A DNA stretch of 62,658 nucleotides, filler included. It is 7 parts of 7 records of this genome, joined end to end, with 100 filler letters (N's around TTAATTAATTAA, not from the genome) between each part and the next. Parts side by side here need not be neighbours in the genome. Positions count along the whole stretch, not along the records: positions 43,467 to 50,321 come from DRR378314_2449; positions 50,422 to 57,077 come from DRR378314_2451; 5 more parts are not named here. One strand, given 5' to 3'. Position 1 is the stretch's first letter. The number at the start of each line of letters is the position of its first letter. The notes under the pieces were generated by a model, which saw nothing but the letters and a program-made list of their open reading frames with translations, made no database searches and was not told where the DNA came from. Shown here one piece after another: positions 47,185-57,077 of this stretch. Both the position numbers and the translations under genes were made by a program.

Positions 47185-47219
47185 ATGCTTGTTGCAACGA
47201 CTTGAACAGGAGCCGACCT

Positions 47220-48596
47220 ATGCAGACCCAGGACTATCAGGCGTTGGATCGCCAACACCACCTTCATCCATTCACTGACTTTAAATCACTTGGCGAAGAG
47301 GGTAGCCGCATCATCACCCACGCCGATGGGGTATACATTTACGACAGCCAGGGCAATCGTATTCTTGATGGTATGGCGGGACTTTGGTGTGTCAATCTCG
47401 GTTACGGGCGACAGGAGTTAGTTGATGCCGCCAGCGAGCAGATGCAGCAACTGCCGTATTACAACAACTTCTTTAAAACCACCCATCCTCCGGCAGTAAA
47501 GCTGGCCGCTAAGCTGAGTGAGCTGGCACCCGAGCATATCAATCATGTGTTCTTCACGGGTTCCGGGTCTGAAGCCAACGATACCGTGCTGCGCATGGTG
47601 CGGCGCTACTGGGCGATTAAAGGCAAGCCGGAGAAGCAATGGGTCATTTCGCGTGAAAATGGTTATCACGGCTCAACTGTCGCGGGCATGAGCCTTGGCG
47701 GCATGGCGCCGATGCATGATCAAGGCGGCCCGTGTGTGCCGGGGATTAGCCATATTTGCCAGCCTTACTGGTTTGGTGAAGGGCGCGATATGAGCCAGGA
47801 AGCTTTTGGCAAGCAGTGTGCCCAAGCGTTGGAAGAGCAAATTCTGGCGTTGGGTGAAGACAAGGTGGCGGCGTTTATTGCTGAGCCGGTGCAGGGCGCA
47901 GGTGGTGCGATTATTCCGCCGGACAGCTATTGGCCTGCGGTGAAAGAGGTGTTGGCCAAGTACGACATTCTGTTGATTGCCGATGAAGTGATTTGCGGGT
48001 TCGGGCGTTTAGGCGAGTGGTTTGGCAGTACTCACTATGGGTTAAAGCCTGACCTGATGCCGATTGCCAAGGGGTTGTCGTCGGGCTATCTGCCCATTGG
48101 CGCGGTGCTGGTGGGAGATCGAGTGGCCGATACGCTGATCGAAGACGGCGGTGAGTTCTTCCACGGTTTTACTTACTCTGGTCACCCGGTCTGTGCAGCG
48201 GTTGCGCTTAAAAACCTCGAATTGCTGGAAAGTGAACGGGTAGTCGAGAAAGTCCGCGATGAATTGGGGCCCTATCTGGCTAAGCGTTGGCAGGAGCTGG
48301 CTGAGCATCCGCTGGTGGGTGAAGCCCGTTCGTTGGGCTTGATTGGGGCACTAGAGCTGGTCGCCGACAAGCGCACCGGTGAACGCTTCGATAAGTCGCT
48401 TTCCGCGGGCAACTTGTGTCGTGATTTGTGCTTTGAGCATGGCCTGGTGATGCGCTCAGTGGGCGATACGATGGTGATGTCGCCGCCGCTAATTATCACC
48501 CGCGATGAAATCGATGAATTGGTCAGTAAGGCGCGTTTAGCGTTGGATAAAACCGCTGAAAAGCTGGCGATAACACACCCTGTGGAGAGTGCATAA
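47220..48596 (+). CDS. spuC: Class-III PLP aminotransferase, putrescine-pyruvate transaminase SpuC-like
   Basis: DGMAGLWCVN, SGSEAND, FIAEPVQGAGG, DEVICGFGR, AKGLSSGY, HGFTYSGHP. Confidence 0.85.
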   Translation: MQTQDYQALDRQHHLHPFTDFKSLGEEGSRIITHADGVYIYDSQGNRILDGMAGLWCVNLGYGRQELVDAASEQMQQLPYYNNFFKTTHPPAVKLAAKLSELAPEHINHVFFTGSGSEANDTVLRMVRRYWAIKGKPEKQWVISRENGYHGSTVAGMSLGGMAPMHDQGGPCVPGISHICQPYWFGEGRDMSQEAFGKQCAQALEEQILALGEDKVAAFIAEPVQGAGGAIIPPDSYWPAVKEVLAKYDILLIADEVICGFGRLGEWFGSTHYGLKPDLMPIAKGLSSGYLPIGAVLVGDRVADTLIEDGGEFFHGFTYSGHPVCAAVALKNLELLESERVVEKVRDELGPYLAKRWQELAEHPLVGEARSLGLIGALELVADKRTGERFDKSLSAGNLCRDLCFEHGLVMRSVGDTMVMSPPLIITRDEIDELVSKARLALDKTAEKLAITHPVESA

Positions 48597-50095
48597 TGGC
48601 GGCAGATACACCGAAAACCCTCGCCGACTGGCAATCAAAAGCCGCATCACTGAGCTTTGAAACGCGCGCTTTCATTAATGGTGAGTTTGTCGCTGCCGCT
48701 GATGGTAGCACGCTGAGCAGTATCAACCCTGCCACCGGACATGTTCTTGCTGAGGTAGCCAGCTGCGATGCGCAAGATGCTGAGCTTGCGACGCAAGCAG
48801 CCCGTGCAACCTTTGAAAGTGGTGTCTGGTCACGCTGCCACCCAAGTAAGCGCAAGCGGGTGCTACTGCGTTTAGCCGAGTTGGTAGAGACACACCGCGA
48901 TGAACTGGCGCTGTTAGATACGTTGGACATGGGCAAGCCGATTTCCAGTTCGCTAGGGGATTTGGCAGGCACCGTCGCCTGTCTGCGCTATCAAGCGGAA
49001 TGTATCGACAAGCTTTACGGTGAAGTGGCTCCTACTGGAGATCGTGCGCTAGGGTTGGTGCTGCGCGAGCCAATGGGCGTTATCGCTGCCATTGTGCCGT
49101 GGAATTTCCCACTAATGATGACGTCGTGGAAGATTGCACCGGCACTGGCGGCAGGCAACAGCGTCATTCTCAAGCCGTCGGAAAAATCACCTTTGTCAGC
49201 GCTGCGCTTGGCCCACCTTGCCAAGGAAGCGGGTATTCCCGATGGCGTCTTTCAGGTGCTGCCAGGGTACGGCCATACGGTGGGCAAGGCTCTGGCACTT
49301 TCCATGCAGGTTGATGGTCTGGCGTTTACCGGCTCCACCGGCGTGGGTAAACAGCTGATGCAGTACGCCGGACAATCCAACTTGAAACGCGTGTTTCTGG
49401 AGTGCGGTGGCAAAAGCCCCAACATCGTTTTTGCCGACTGCCAACACCTTGATGCCGTCGCCCAAAGCGCTGCGGAAGCTATTTTCCACAACCAAGGCGA
49501 AGTCTGTATTGCCGGTTCTCGCCTGCTGGTGGAAAACAGCATTCGCAAAGATTTTGTGGCTCGCGTAGTGAAAGCTGCTGAGCATATGCAGCCGGGAGAT
49601 CCGCTCGATCCGGGTAGCTTCATGGGTGCCATGGTTGATGAAGCGCAGTACCAACGCGTACTGGAGTATATTCGCCAAGGCGAAAGCGAAGGTGCCACCC
49701 TGAAACTGGGCGGCGAACCTAGCGATTCCAATGGGTATTTCCTGCCGCCTACCGTCTTCGATGATGTGACTCCCGACATGTGCATTGGCCGCGAAGAAAT
49801 ATTTGGCCCTGTGCTGAGTGTGTTTGGGTTCGACAGCGAAGAGCAAGCCATTGCGCTGGCCAATGACAGCGACTACGGCCTTGCTGCCGGCGTTTGGAGT
49901 CAAGATATTGACCGCATCATGCGGGTCTCTCGGCGGCTGCAATCCGGTCAGGTCTATGTGAATAACTGGGCCGGTATCGATCAGACCGTTCCCTTCGGCG
50001 GTGTTAAGCAGTCGGGCAATGGACGCGATAAATCGCTTCACGCGCAGGAGAAATACTGTGAGGTGAAGACGGTATGGATGTCGCTTAGCTCTTAA
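48596..50095 (+). CDS. puuC: Aldehyde dehydrogenase, gamma-glutamyl-gamma-aminobutyraldehyde dehydrogenase-like
   Basis: PWNFP, FTGST, LECGGKSP, NQGEVC, EEIFGP, PFGGVKQSG; TAATG overlap with spuC. Confidence 0.88.
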   Translation: MAADTPKTLADWQSKAASLSFETRAFINGEFVAAADGSTLSSINPATGHVLAEVASCDAQDAELATQAARATFESGVWSRCHPSKRKRVLLRLAELVETHRDELALLDTLDMGKPISSSLGDLAGTVACLRYQAECIDKLYGEVAPTGDRALGLVLREPMGVIAAIVPWNFPLMMTSWKIAPALAAGNSVILKPSEKSPLSALRLAHLAKEAGIPDGVFQVLPGYGHTVGKALALSMQVDGLAFTGSTGVGKQLMQYAGQSNLKRVFLECGGKSPNIVFADCQHLDAVAQSAAEAIFHNQGEVCIAGSRLLVENSIRKDFVARVVKAAEHMQPGDPLDPGSFMGAMVDEAQYQRVLEYIRQGESEGATLKLGGEPSDSNGYFLPPTVFDDVTPDMCIGREEIFGPVLSVFGFDSEEQAIALANDSDYGLAAGVWSQDIDRIMRVSRRLQSGQVYVNNWAGIDQTVPFGGVKQSGNGRDKSLHAQEKYCEVKTVWMSLSS

Positions 50096-50321
50096 AGCAT
50101 CTTTACCACGTATTGATTGAAGTCATCCACAGCGCCAGACGCCGCCGTATAAACGGTGGCTCTGGCCATGGCCATGGCTTCCCTGTGCCTGAGCGCCGTA
50201 TCAGAAAGGTAATAACAATCTCTGCGATGGTCTCTGCAAAGGTCTCAGCGATGACCAGCACAACGGTTTCTAACGCGGTTACATCACTATCAACACCAAC
50301 AACAAGCAAATGCTGAGTGAG

Positions 50322-50421
50322 NNNNNNNNNNNNNNNNNNNNNNNNNNNNNNNNNNNNNNNNNNNNTTAATTAATTAANNNNNNNNNNNNNNNNNNNNNNN
50401 NNNNNNNNNNNNNNNNNNNNN
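50322..50421. other. Artificial contig-joining linker
   Basis: 44 N + TTAATTAATTAA + 44 N. Confidence 0.99.
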
Positions 50422-51354
50422 ATCGTGCCCGCGCCCTATCACGACATGTACCCGCCTGAAACGCATAGTCCCGTACTGCGCAGTGATGTGGAAAAGGACG
50501 ACCCGCATCCTGTTTTCGGCGCATTCATGGAAGAACGCGTCTCCAAAGCCTTCACCAATGAGACAACCCGCACAAAGGTCATCGGTGCCTATATGGGCCT
50601 GATCAAGCAGATCGATGATCAGATGGGCGAATTGATGGCCTTTCTGAAGGCGCAGGGGCTGACGGATGATACGATGATTGTCTTCACCTCCGATCATGGC
50701 GACTATCTGGGCGATCACTGGATGGGCGAAAAAGAGCTGTTTCACGACCCTTCCGCCCGTATCCCGCTCATCGTGGTTGATCCCAGCCGCGAGGCTGATG
50801 TAACGCGTGGCACAGTGTCTGAGGCCTTGGTTGAAGCCATTGATGTGGTGCCCACGATCCTTGACTATTTCGGCGGCGCAGAGGCCCCCCATATCATCGA
50901 AGGCAAATCCCTGCGCCCATTGATGCAGGGCGACTGCGAAAGTCTGCACGATTTTGTCATCTCGGAATACGATTATTCTTTCCGGCAAGCCCGCCGAAGG
51001 CTCGGGGTGAGCGTGGCCGATGCCAAGCTGACGATGCTGTTCGACGGAAGATGGAAATACGTTTTTGCCGAAGGCTTCAGGCCGATGTTGTTCGATCTGC
51101 GCTCTGACCCGGATGAGTTCCACGACCTTGGCGGCAATCCCGACTATGCGCAGGAATGCGATCGCCTGCAGGCGCTTTTCTTTCAGTGGACCCGCAGGAT
51201 CAGTCAGCGCACAACCATGTCCGATGCAGAGATAGAAAAACGTGGTGTGGACCTGAACGAAGCCAAGGCCGGAATCCTTATCGGGTTTCCTACCGAAGCT
51301 GATTTGTCCGACGCACTTGCCGCAAACAAAGCGCAGCAGAAAGTTTCTAAGTGA
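50422..51354 (+). CDS. Sulfatase / phosphonate monoester hydrolase-like enzyme (alkaline phosphatase superfamily), 5' truncated
   Basis: IVFTSDHGDYLGDHWMGEK, DVVPTIL, WKYV, LFDLRSDPDE. Confidence 0.88.
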   Translation: MVPAPYHDMYPPETHSPVLRSDVEKDDPHPVFGAFMEERVSKAFTNETTRTKVIGAYMGLIKQIDDQMGELMAFLKAQGLTDDTMIVFTSDHGDYLGDHWMGEKELFHDPSARIPLIVVDPSREADVTRGTVSEALVEAIDVVPTILDYFGGAEAPHIIEGKSLRPLMQGDCESLHDFVISEYDYSFRQARRRLGVSVADAKLTMLFDGRWKYVFAEGFRPMLFDLRSDPDEFHDLGGNPDYAQECDRLQALFFQWTRRISQRTTMSDAEIEKRGVDLNEAKAGILIGFPTEADLSDALAANKAQQKVSK

Positions 51355-51365
51355 CGTGGAGTCCC

Positions 51366-51400
51366 TTCAGGGAAAGGTGAATTGCGTGGATTTCCCTGAA
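51366..51400. promoter_or_regulatory. Perfect 10-bp inverted repeat (terminator or operator) between the sulfatase and creatinase genes
   Basis: ttcagggaaa-N15-tttccctgaa. Confidence 0.45.
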
Positions 51401-51618
51401 AACCCTATTCGTTAAATGCCAAAAACGACATGGAGTGGCGTGATGGTGTTATCCAGATTTCTTGTCGGAGTGTAACCAGCGGGACAAGGGTCGGCGATGG
51501 CGTCGCCAGCAATTGTTTGCATGCCCCTTTCACCATCCTGAACGCCGGGATCTTGCTTTGCCGTTTGGGCGATGAGGAGAAATCTCCATCACTCAAACGC
51601 TTGATAGGAGTTGGTTTG

Positions 51619-52821
51619 ATGGAACGTCCACAACACTACCGCTTTCACCAGGGTCAGAAGACCCTTCCGTTTCCCGATGCAGAATATGAAGCCCGCCTGA
51701 GCAAACTGCGTGCGCAGATGGCAGAGATGGGGATCGACGCCTGTGTGCTTACCTCAATGCACAACGTGGCCTATTATTCAGGTTTCCTCTATTGCGCGTT
51801 TGGTCGCCCATACGCACAGGTTGTAACAGCTACCGAAACCGTGACATTCAGTGCCGGCATCGACGCCGCGCAGCCTTGGCGGCGCGGTTACGGCGATAAC
51901 ATCACTTACACTGACTGGCAGCGGAACAATTACTGGCGTGCGATCCAATCTGTGATCGGTTCAGGCAAGGTCATTGGCTTTGAAGGTGATCACATTTCCT
52001 ACACGCAACTGGCGTTGCTGGATGAATTCCTTGCCCCATCCGCAAAGAAGGACATTGCGCCCACAACGATGCGACTGCGCATGCACAAATCTGCGGCCGA
52101 GATTGAATTGATCCGCGCAGGCGCTGCAACTGCGGACGTCGGTGGATATGCGATCAAGGATGCCATCAAAGCAGGCGTGCGTGAAATCGACGTTGCAATG
52201 GCGGGCCGTGATGCAATGGAGCTTGAGATTGCGCGGCGTTTTCCTGAGTCCGAAATCCGTGATACCTGGGTCTGGTTCCAGTCCGGCATCAATACCGATG
52301 GAGCTCACAACCCGGTCACCTGCCGCCAATTGGAACGCGGTGACATCCTGAGCCTCAACACTTTTCCGATGATTTCAGGTTACTACACCGCCCTTGAGCG
52401 GACGTTGTTTGTCGAGGAGGCCGATGCAGCAAGTCTGAAAATATGGGAAGCCAACGTCGCCGCGCATGAACTGGGCATCAGCCTGTTGAAGCCGGGCGCG
52501 TCCTGCGCTGAGGTGACGCATAAGATCAACGATTTCTTCGCAGAGCGTGATCTGCTGCAGTACCGGAGCTTTGGTTACGGCCATTCCTTCGGTGTGTTGT
52601 CGCACTATTATGGCCGCGAGGCGGGCCTCGAACTGCGCGAGGATATCGACACGGTACTTGAGCCGGGCATGGTGATCTCTATGGAGCCGATGCTGACCAT
52701 CCCCGAAGGTCAGCCCGGTGCAGGGGGCTACCGCGAGCATGATATTCTTGTCATCACCGAAGATGGCAACGAGAACATCACCGGATATCCTTACGGGCCA
52801 GAGTTCAACGTGGTTGGCTAG
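51619..52821 (+). CDS. Creatinase (creatine amidinohydrolase, M24 fold)
   Basis: FLYCAFGRPY, QPWRR, YTDWQR, WFQSGINTDGAHN, YYTALERT, YGHSFGVLSHYYGREAGLELRED, GYREHD; AGGAG before ATG 51619. Confidence 0.93.
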   Translation: MERPQHYRFHQGQKTLPFPDAEYEARLSKLRAQMAEMGIDACVLTSMHNVAYYSGFLYCAFGRPYAQVVTATETVTFSAGIDAAQPWRRGYGDNITYTDWQRNNYWRAIQSVIGSGKVIGFEGDHISYTQLALLDEFLAPSAKKDIAPTTMRLRMHKSAAEIELIRAGAATADVGGYAIKDAIKAGVREIDVAMAGRDAMELEIARRFPESEIRDTWVWFQSGINTDGAHNPVTCRQLERGDILSLNTFPMISGYYTALERTLFVEEADAASLKIWEANVAAHELGISLLKPGASCAEVTHKINDFFAERDLLQYRSFGYGHSFGVLSHYYGREAGLELREDIDTVLEPGMVISMEPMLTIPEGQPGAGGYREHDILVITEDGNENITGYPYGPEFNVVG

Positions 52822-53173
52822 TTTGCCGGAACCTGAAGTGAGCGATTGTGATTGCTCGCTTCATTCATTTCCTGCCAATTCTGGTGTGCAGTAGGGGAGC
52901 TTCCAAAGCGCCTTGTGCTGGCGTGCAAGTCCATAGATTGCCGTCAATTGCACTGATTGTCATCAGCGTGAAACGCGGCAGAAACAAGAACCCCAGTTCC
53001 AACCGTGCTTTGGCGTCCTCAAACCGGGAAGAAGAACGCGCCTTTCAGGAGCACTTCGTGCCCGAGGCAAGAAACAGGTTCTTACTGTCCATCACACTTA
53101 ACGGGCCACCGGCCTGGGCGGTGAGGTCGATACAAACACCGCCGGCTTGGCCTGCCAACAGCGGTAAATACTG

Positions 53174-54214
53174 CTATTCGGCCATTTGTTTATCAACCTG
53201 CTGTTCTTCATTGATCATGGCCTGCAACTGGCGGCGGAACCGCAGTTGTCCGCCGTCAATTGGCAGGTCGATGTGTGGCGAGGTCTTGTTGCTCATGCCT
53301 TTTTGCACCTCATTAAGGACATCCCTGTCCTCCTCAAAGGCGTGTTGAACGTCTTCCGACATCATCTTGGAAAGGTCGTCGTCATCAGGTCTGATATTGC
53401 GTAGCTGGAACCAGTAGTAGCGCGTGCGCCCTTCATCGGTGGGCGTCATGAAGTTGTAGCTGTCCATGATGAAGGTGTTTTCATGTAACGGGCCGTCCGG
53501 TCCCCCGGTGCCTGCGGGTGTAAAAACAGCCTTGATCAGCGCATGGGAGGGGTAGCGTACTTCGTAATGCTGAAGGCGATCACAATTGCCCTCGAACTCC
53601 ACCACCTTTTTGTAAAAGGGGGCCGGTTCATGATCCATCATCCAGCGATGCACAATCACGCCGTCATCGGTTTTCTTGATCCTCAGAGGCGTATCTTTGG
53701 TGGCATCGGCGGCAAAGCTGCTTTGATGCACCCATGCGACATGCGTCGGGTCCAGCAGGTTGTCACACATCAGCAGATAGTTGCAATCAAGCTCCATCGC
53801 ATCACCGCGATTTATGCCCCATGCCGGGTCGTCGTAATTCTCGATCTCGAAAATATCGACAGGATCGGCAAGCGCCGGGTTCCCCATCCAGATCCATACC
53901 AGCCCATATTTCTCGTGCAGGGGGTAGGCGTGGACCTTGGCATTGGACGGAATGCCAGCTGAGCCGGGAGCCCAGACGCATTGGCCAACACAATTGAAAG
54001 TCAGGCCGTGATAACCACATTCGACCGTATCACCCTTAATGCGGCCCTTTGACAGTGGCAGCTTGCGATGCGGACAGGCGTCTTCGAGGGCGACCAACTC
54101 ACCAGCTTCAGAGCGAAATACGCATATCTTTTCACCAAGCACTATGATCTGCCGCAAGTCGCGGGTGATCTCGTGATCCCAAGCAGCGACGTACCAGGCG
54201 TTTTTCAAGAACAT
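53174..54214 (-). CDS. Rieske non-heme iron oxygenase alpha subunit, VanA/demethylase-like
   Basis: MFLKNAWYVAAW, Rieske CPH...CGYH, mononuclear-iron ligands DNLLDPTHVAWVH and FEED. Confidence 0.94.
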   Translation of the reverse strand: MFLKNAWYVAAWDHEITRDLRQIIVLGEKICVFRSEAGELVALEDACPHRKLPLSKGRIKGDTVECGYHGLTFNCVGQCVWAPGSAGIPSNAKVHAYPLHEKYGLVWIWMGNPALADPVDIFEIENYDDPAWGINRGDAMELDCNYLLMCDNLLDPTHVAWVHQSSFAADATKDTPLRIKKTDDGVIVHRWMMDHEPAPFYKKVVEFEGNCDRLQHYEVRYPSHALIKAVFTPAGTGGPDGPLHENTFIMDSYNFMTPTDEGRTRYYWFQLRNIRPDDDDLSKMMSEDVQHAFEEDRDVLNEVQKGMSNKTSPHIDLPIDGGQLRFRRQLQAMINEEQQVDKQMAE

Positions 54215-54216
54215 AG

Positions 54217-55887
54217 CTATTTCCCCAGAATGCCGGGCAAGTTCAGCCCTTTTTCCCGTGCACAGTCCAGAGCAATTTCATAACCCGCATCTGCGTGACG
54301 CATCACGCCAGTTGCAGGATCGTTCCACAGGACATTGGCGATCCGGCGGTCTGCGTCCTCTGAACCGTCACAACAAATTACCATACCGGAATGTTGGGAA
54401 AAACCCATCCCCACGCCGCCGCCATGGTGCAGCGATACCCATGTTGCACCGCCCGCCACATTTAACATCGCGTTAAGCAGCGGCCAGTCCGATACCGCGT
54501 CAGAGCCGTCTTTCATAGCCTCCGTTTCGCGGTTTGGCGAAGCAACTGATCCAGAGTCCAGATGGTCGCGGCCAATCACAACAGGCGCGGAAAGCTCTCC
54601 CGTACGTACCATCTCGTTGAAGGCCAGCCCCAGCTTGTCGCGCAGGCCCAGACCGACCCAGCAAATGCGTGCCGGCAGGCCTTGAAATGCAATCCGCTCA
54701 CGCGCCATATCCAGCCAGTTGTGCAGATGCGGATCGTCAATCAGTTCTTTGACCTTGGCGTCCGTCTTGTAGATATCCTCCGGATCACCGGACAGTGCGC
54801 ACCAACGGAACGGCCCTACACCACGGCAGAAAAGCGGACGGATATAGGCGGGCACAAAGCCCGGAAAGGCAAAGGCGTTTTCAAGCCCTTCTTCCTGGGC
54901 CACCTGACGGATGTTGTTGCCATAATCCAGCGTTGGCACACCTGCATTCCAGAAATCCACCATCGCGGCGACCTGCACCTTCATGCTGGCGCGGGCAGCT
55001 CGCTCCACCCCTTTGGGATCGCTCTCCTGTTTGGCGCGCCATTCGGCGACGGTCCAGCCTTGCGGCAGATAGCCGTGGACCGGATCGTGTGCAGAGGTCT
55101 GGTCGGTGACCATATCGGGCTTCACACCGCGCTTGACCAGCTCGGGGAAGACATCTGCGGCATTGCCGATCAGCGCCACGGACTTGGCTTCGCCATTGGC
55201 CGTCCATTTGTCGATCATGGCGAGTGCTTCGTCCAGATCATGGGTTTTCTCATCGACATACCGTGTGCGCAGACGGAAATCGGCGCGGGTCTCATCACAT
55301 TCGACGGCCAGACAACATGCGCCGGCCATCACAGCGGCCAGCGGTTGGGCACCACCCATCCCACCCAGACCACCTGTCAAAATCCAACGGCCCTTGAGGT
55401 TGCCCTCATAGTGCTGGCGCCCGGCTTCCATAAAGGTCTCATAGGTGCCTTGCACGATGCCTTGCGTGCCGATGTAAATCCACGAACCGGCGGTCATCTG
55501 GCCGTACATTGCCAGGCCCTTTTTATCCAATTCGTTGAAGTGATCCCAATTGGCCCAATGTGGCACAAGGTTGGAGTTGGCGATCAACACGCGCGGCGCA
55601 TCCTTATGGGTGTTGAATACGCCCACGGGTTTACCCGATTGCACCAGCAGCGTCTGGGTGTCCTCAAGCTCTTTGAGAGCGGCGACGATGGCGTCAAAAT
55701 CTTCCCATGTCCGCGCCGCGCGGCCAATACCGCCATAGACAACCAGCTCATGCGGGTTCTCGGCCACATCAGGGTGCAGGTTGTTCATCAGCATCCGCAT
55801 TGGTGCCTCGGTCAGCCAGCTTTTGGCTGTGATCTCAGAGCCTGTCGGCGGGTAAACGTCGCGCAGGTTGTGGCGGGAAATATTCAT
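54217..55887 (-). CDS. hutU: Urocanate hydratase
   Basis: [57 protein letters not shown]. Confidence 0.98.
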   Translation of the reverse strand: MNISRHNLRDVYPPTGSEITAKSWLTEAPMRMLMNNLHPDVAENPHELVVYGGIGRAARTWEDFDAIVAALKELEDTQTLLVQSGKPVGVFNTHKDAPRVLIANSNLVPHWANWDHFNELDKKGLAMYGQMTAGSWIYIGTQGIVQGTYETFMEAGRQHYEGNLKGRWILTGGLGGMGGAQPLAAVMAGACCLAVECDETRADFRLRTRYVDEKTHDLDEALAMIDKWTANGEAKSVALIGNAADVFPELVKRGVKPDMVTDQTSAHDPVHGYLPQGWTVAEWRAKQESDPKGVERAARASMKVQVAAMVDFWNAGVPTLDYGNNIRQVAQEEGLENAFAFPGFVPAYIRPLFCRGVGPFRWCALSGDPEDIYKTDAKVKELIDDPHLHNWLDMARERIAFQGLPARICWVGLGLRDKLGLAFNEMVRTGELSAPVVIGRDHLDSGSVASPNRETEAMKDGSDAVSDWPLLNAMLNVAGGATWVSLHHGGGVGMGFSQHSGMVICCDGSEDADRRIANVLWNDPATGVMRHADAGYEIALDCAREKGLNLPGILGK

Positions 55888-56681
55888 GTCAGATCTCCGT
55901 TGATGGCGATATGTGCAAGTTTGCCCAGAAGCCGTGAGAGAGGGCGGCGCAGGCGGGTGGCTTTGATCTCGTCATAGCTCCAGGGCGGGGCTTCATCGCT
56001 GAGATAGGTGGATTGGGCGAGTTCCATCTGGATGGCGTGGATGCCCTGTTCGGGCTTCCCATAACGGCGTGTCGCCCAGCCGCCTTTGAAACGGCCGTTC
56101 AGGACAGTGGTGTAACTATCCTCGGCGCGGCAAAGGCCGTAGGTGGCGGTTTCAATGACACGGCCGCAGGTCGTGCCAAGGTTCGTGCCAATGTTGAAAT
56201 CGGGCAGGATGCCACTGAACAGGAACGGAATTTTGCTGCGGATCGAGTGGCAGTCATACAAGATCGCGATACCGTGGATCGCCTTCACCCGCATCAGTTC
56301 TTCCTTGAGGGCCGCGTGATAGGCCGCGTGAAACTTGCGGCGGCGGTCTTCGGTGTCGGCTTCGCTTGGCGGCGTATCCCAGATATCCTTGCCATCAAAA
56401 TCCGTCAGCGGCACCAGCGTCGTGGTGTTCTGACCGGGATAAAGGCTTGCGCCAGAGGGGTCACGGTTTGCGTCAATCACATAGCGGTGGAAGTTGGCCG
56501 TAACGCTGGTCGAATCCGCCAGCAGCCCGTCGTAAAGGCGATCAATGTGCCAATCGGTATCGGCCAGCTTGCGCCCGTTGTCGTTCAGCTTGGCCGCGAT
56601 GTCATTAGGCACATAAGTCCCTGTATGCGGCAGGCCAAGGACAATCGGGCCGCTGCCTTGCCTGACCGTCACCGGGGTCAT
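55884..56681 (-). CDS. hutG: N-formylglutamate deformylase
   Basis: [41 protein letters not shown] overlap with hutU. Confidence 0.95.
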   Translation of the reverse strand: MTPVTVRQGSGPIVLGLPHTGTYVPNDIAAKLNDNGRKLADTDWHIDRLYDGLLADSTSVTANFHRYVIDANRDPSGASLYPGQNTTTLVPLTDFDGKDIWDTPPSEADTEDRRRKFHAAYHAALKEELMRVKAIHGIAILYDCHSIRSKIPFLFSGILPDFNIGTNLGTTCGRVIETATYGLCRAEDSYTTVLNGRFKGGWATRRYGKPEQGIHAIQMELAQSTYLSDEAPPWSYDEIKATRLRRPLSRLLGKLAHIAINGDLT

Positions 56682-57077
56682 ACTGCCTGTCCTTTGACAT
56701 AGGCGGGCAGGTCAACCGCATCCGACAATCTGCCCGAGACAACCAGCGCCGCAGCCGCTTCGATGGACGGAGCCATATAGCGATCCTCGGCAATCGCGGG
56801 AACCTCTGCACGCAAAGCGGCCATTGCAACTTTAAGTGGCGCACTGGTCTGCAAAGGTGCGCGGAACTCGATGCCTTGCGCGGCGCACATCGCCTCAACG
56901 CCAAGGATTACATTCAGGTTCGCGTTCATCCGTAACAGACGGCGCGCGGCATGGGCGGCCATGCTGACGTGGTCCTCTTGATTGGCGGAGGTTGGCGTGC
57001 TGTCCGTGGTGCAGGGATTGGCGAGGTGCTTGTTCTCGCTCATCAGGGCGGCCGTGGTGACCTCGGCGATCATCAGG
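56678..57077 (-). CDS. hutH: Histidine ammonia-lyase, 3' fragment
   Basis: [38 protein letters not shown] overlap with hutG. Confidence 0.95.

Noticed and set aside
50103-50316. Short ORFs after puuC
   Set aside because: Contig-end fragments with no RBS or recognisable family.
51461-51525. Sigma-54 promoter or AraC-family direct-repeat site before creatinase
   Set aside because: The GG-N10-GC spacing is not met, and two 5-nt GTCGG motifs 26 nt apart are too weak to call a site.
54562-55977. 471-aa plus-strand ORF, and similar long ORFs at 34667-35710, 49196-50041 and 7875-8738
   Set aside because: Antisense shadows of well-supported genes (hutU, Hint protein, puuC, Kv-B) in GC-rich coding DNA, with no recognisable motifs.
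27640-57077. Horizontal transfer of bacterial operons into the eukaryote
   Set aside because: Every bacterial block is bounded by artificial linkers, has truncated end genes, Shine-Dalgarno sites, overlapping cistrons and no introns. Co-sequenced bacteria explain this more simply.
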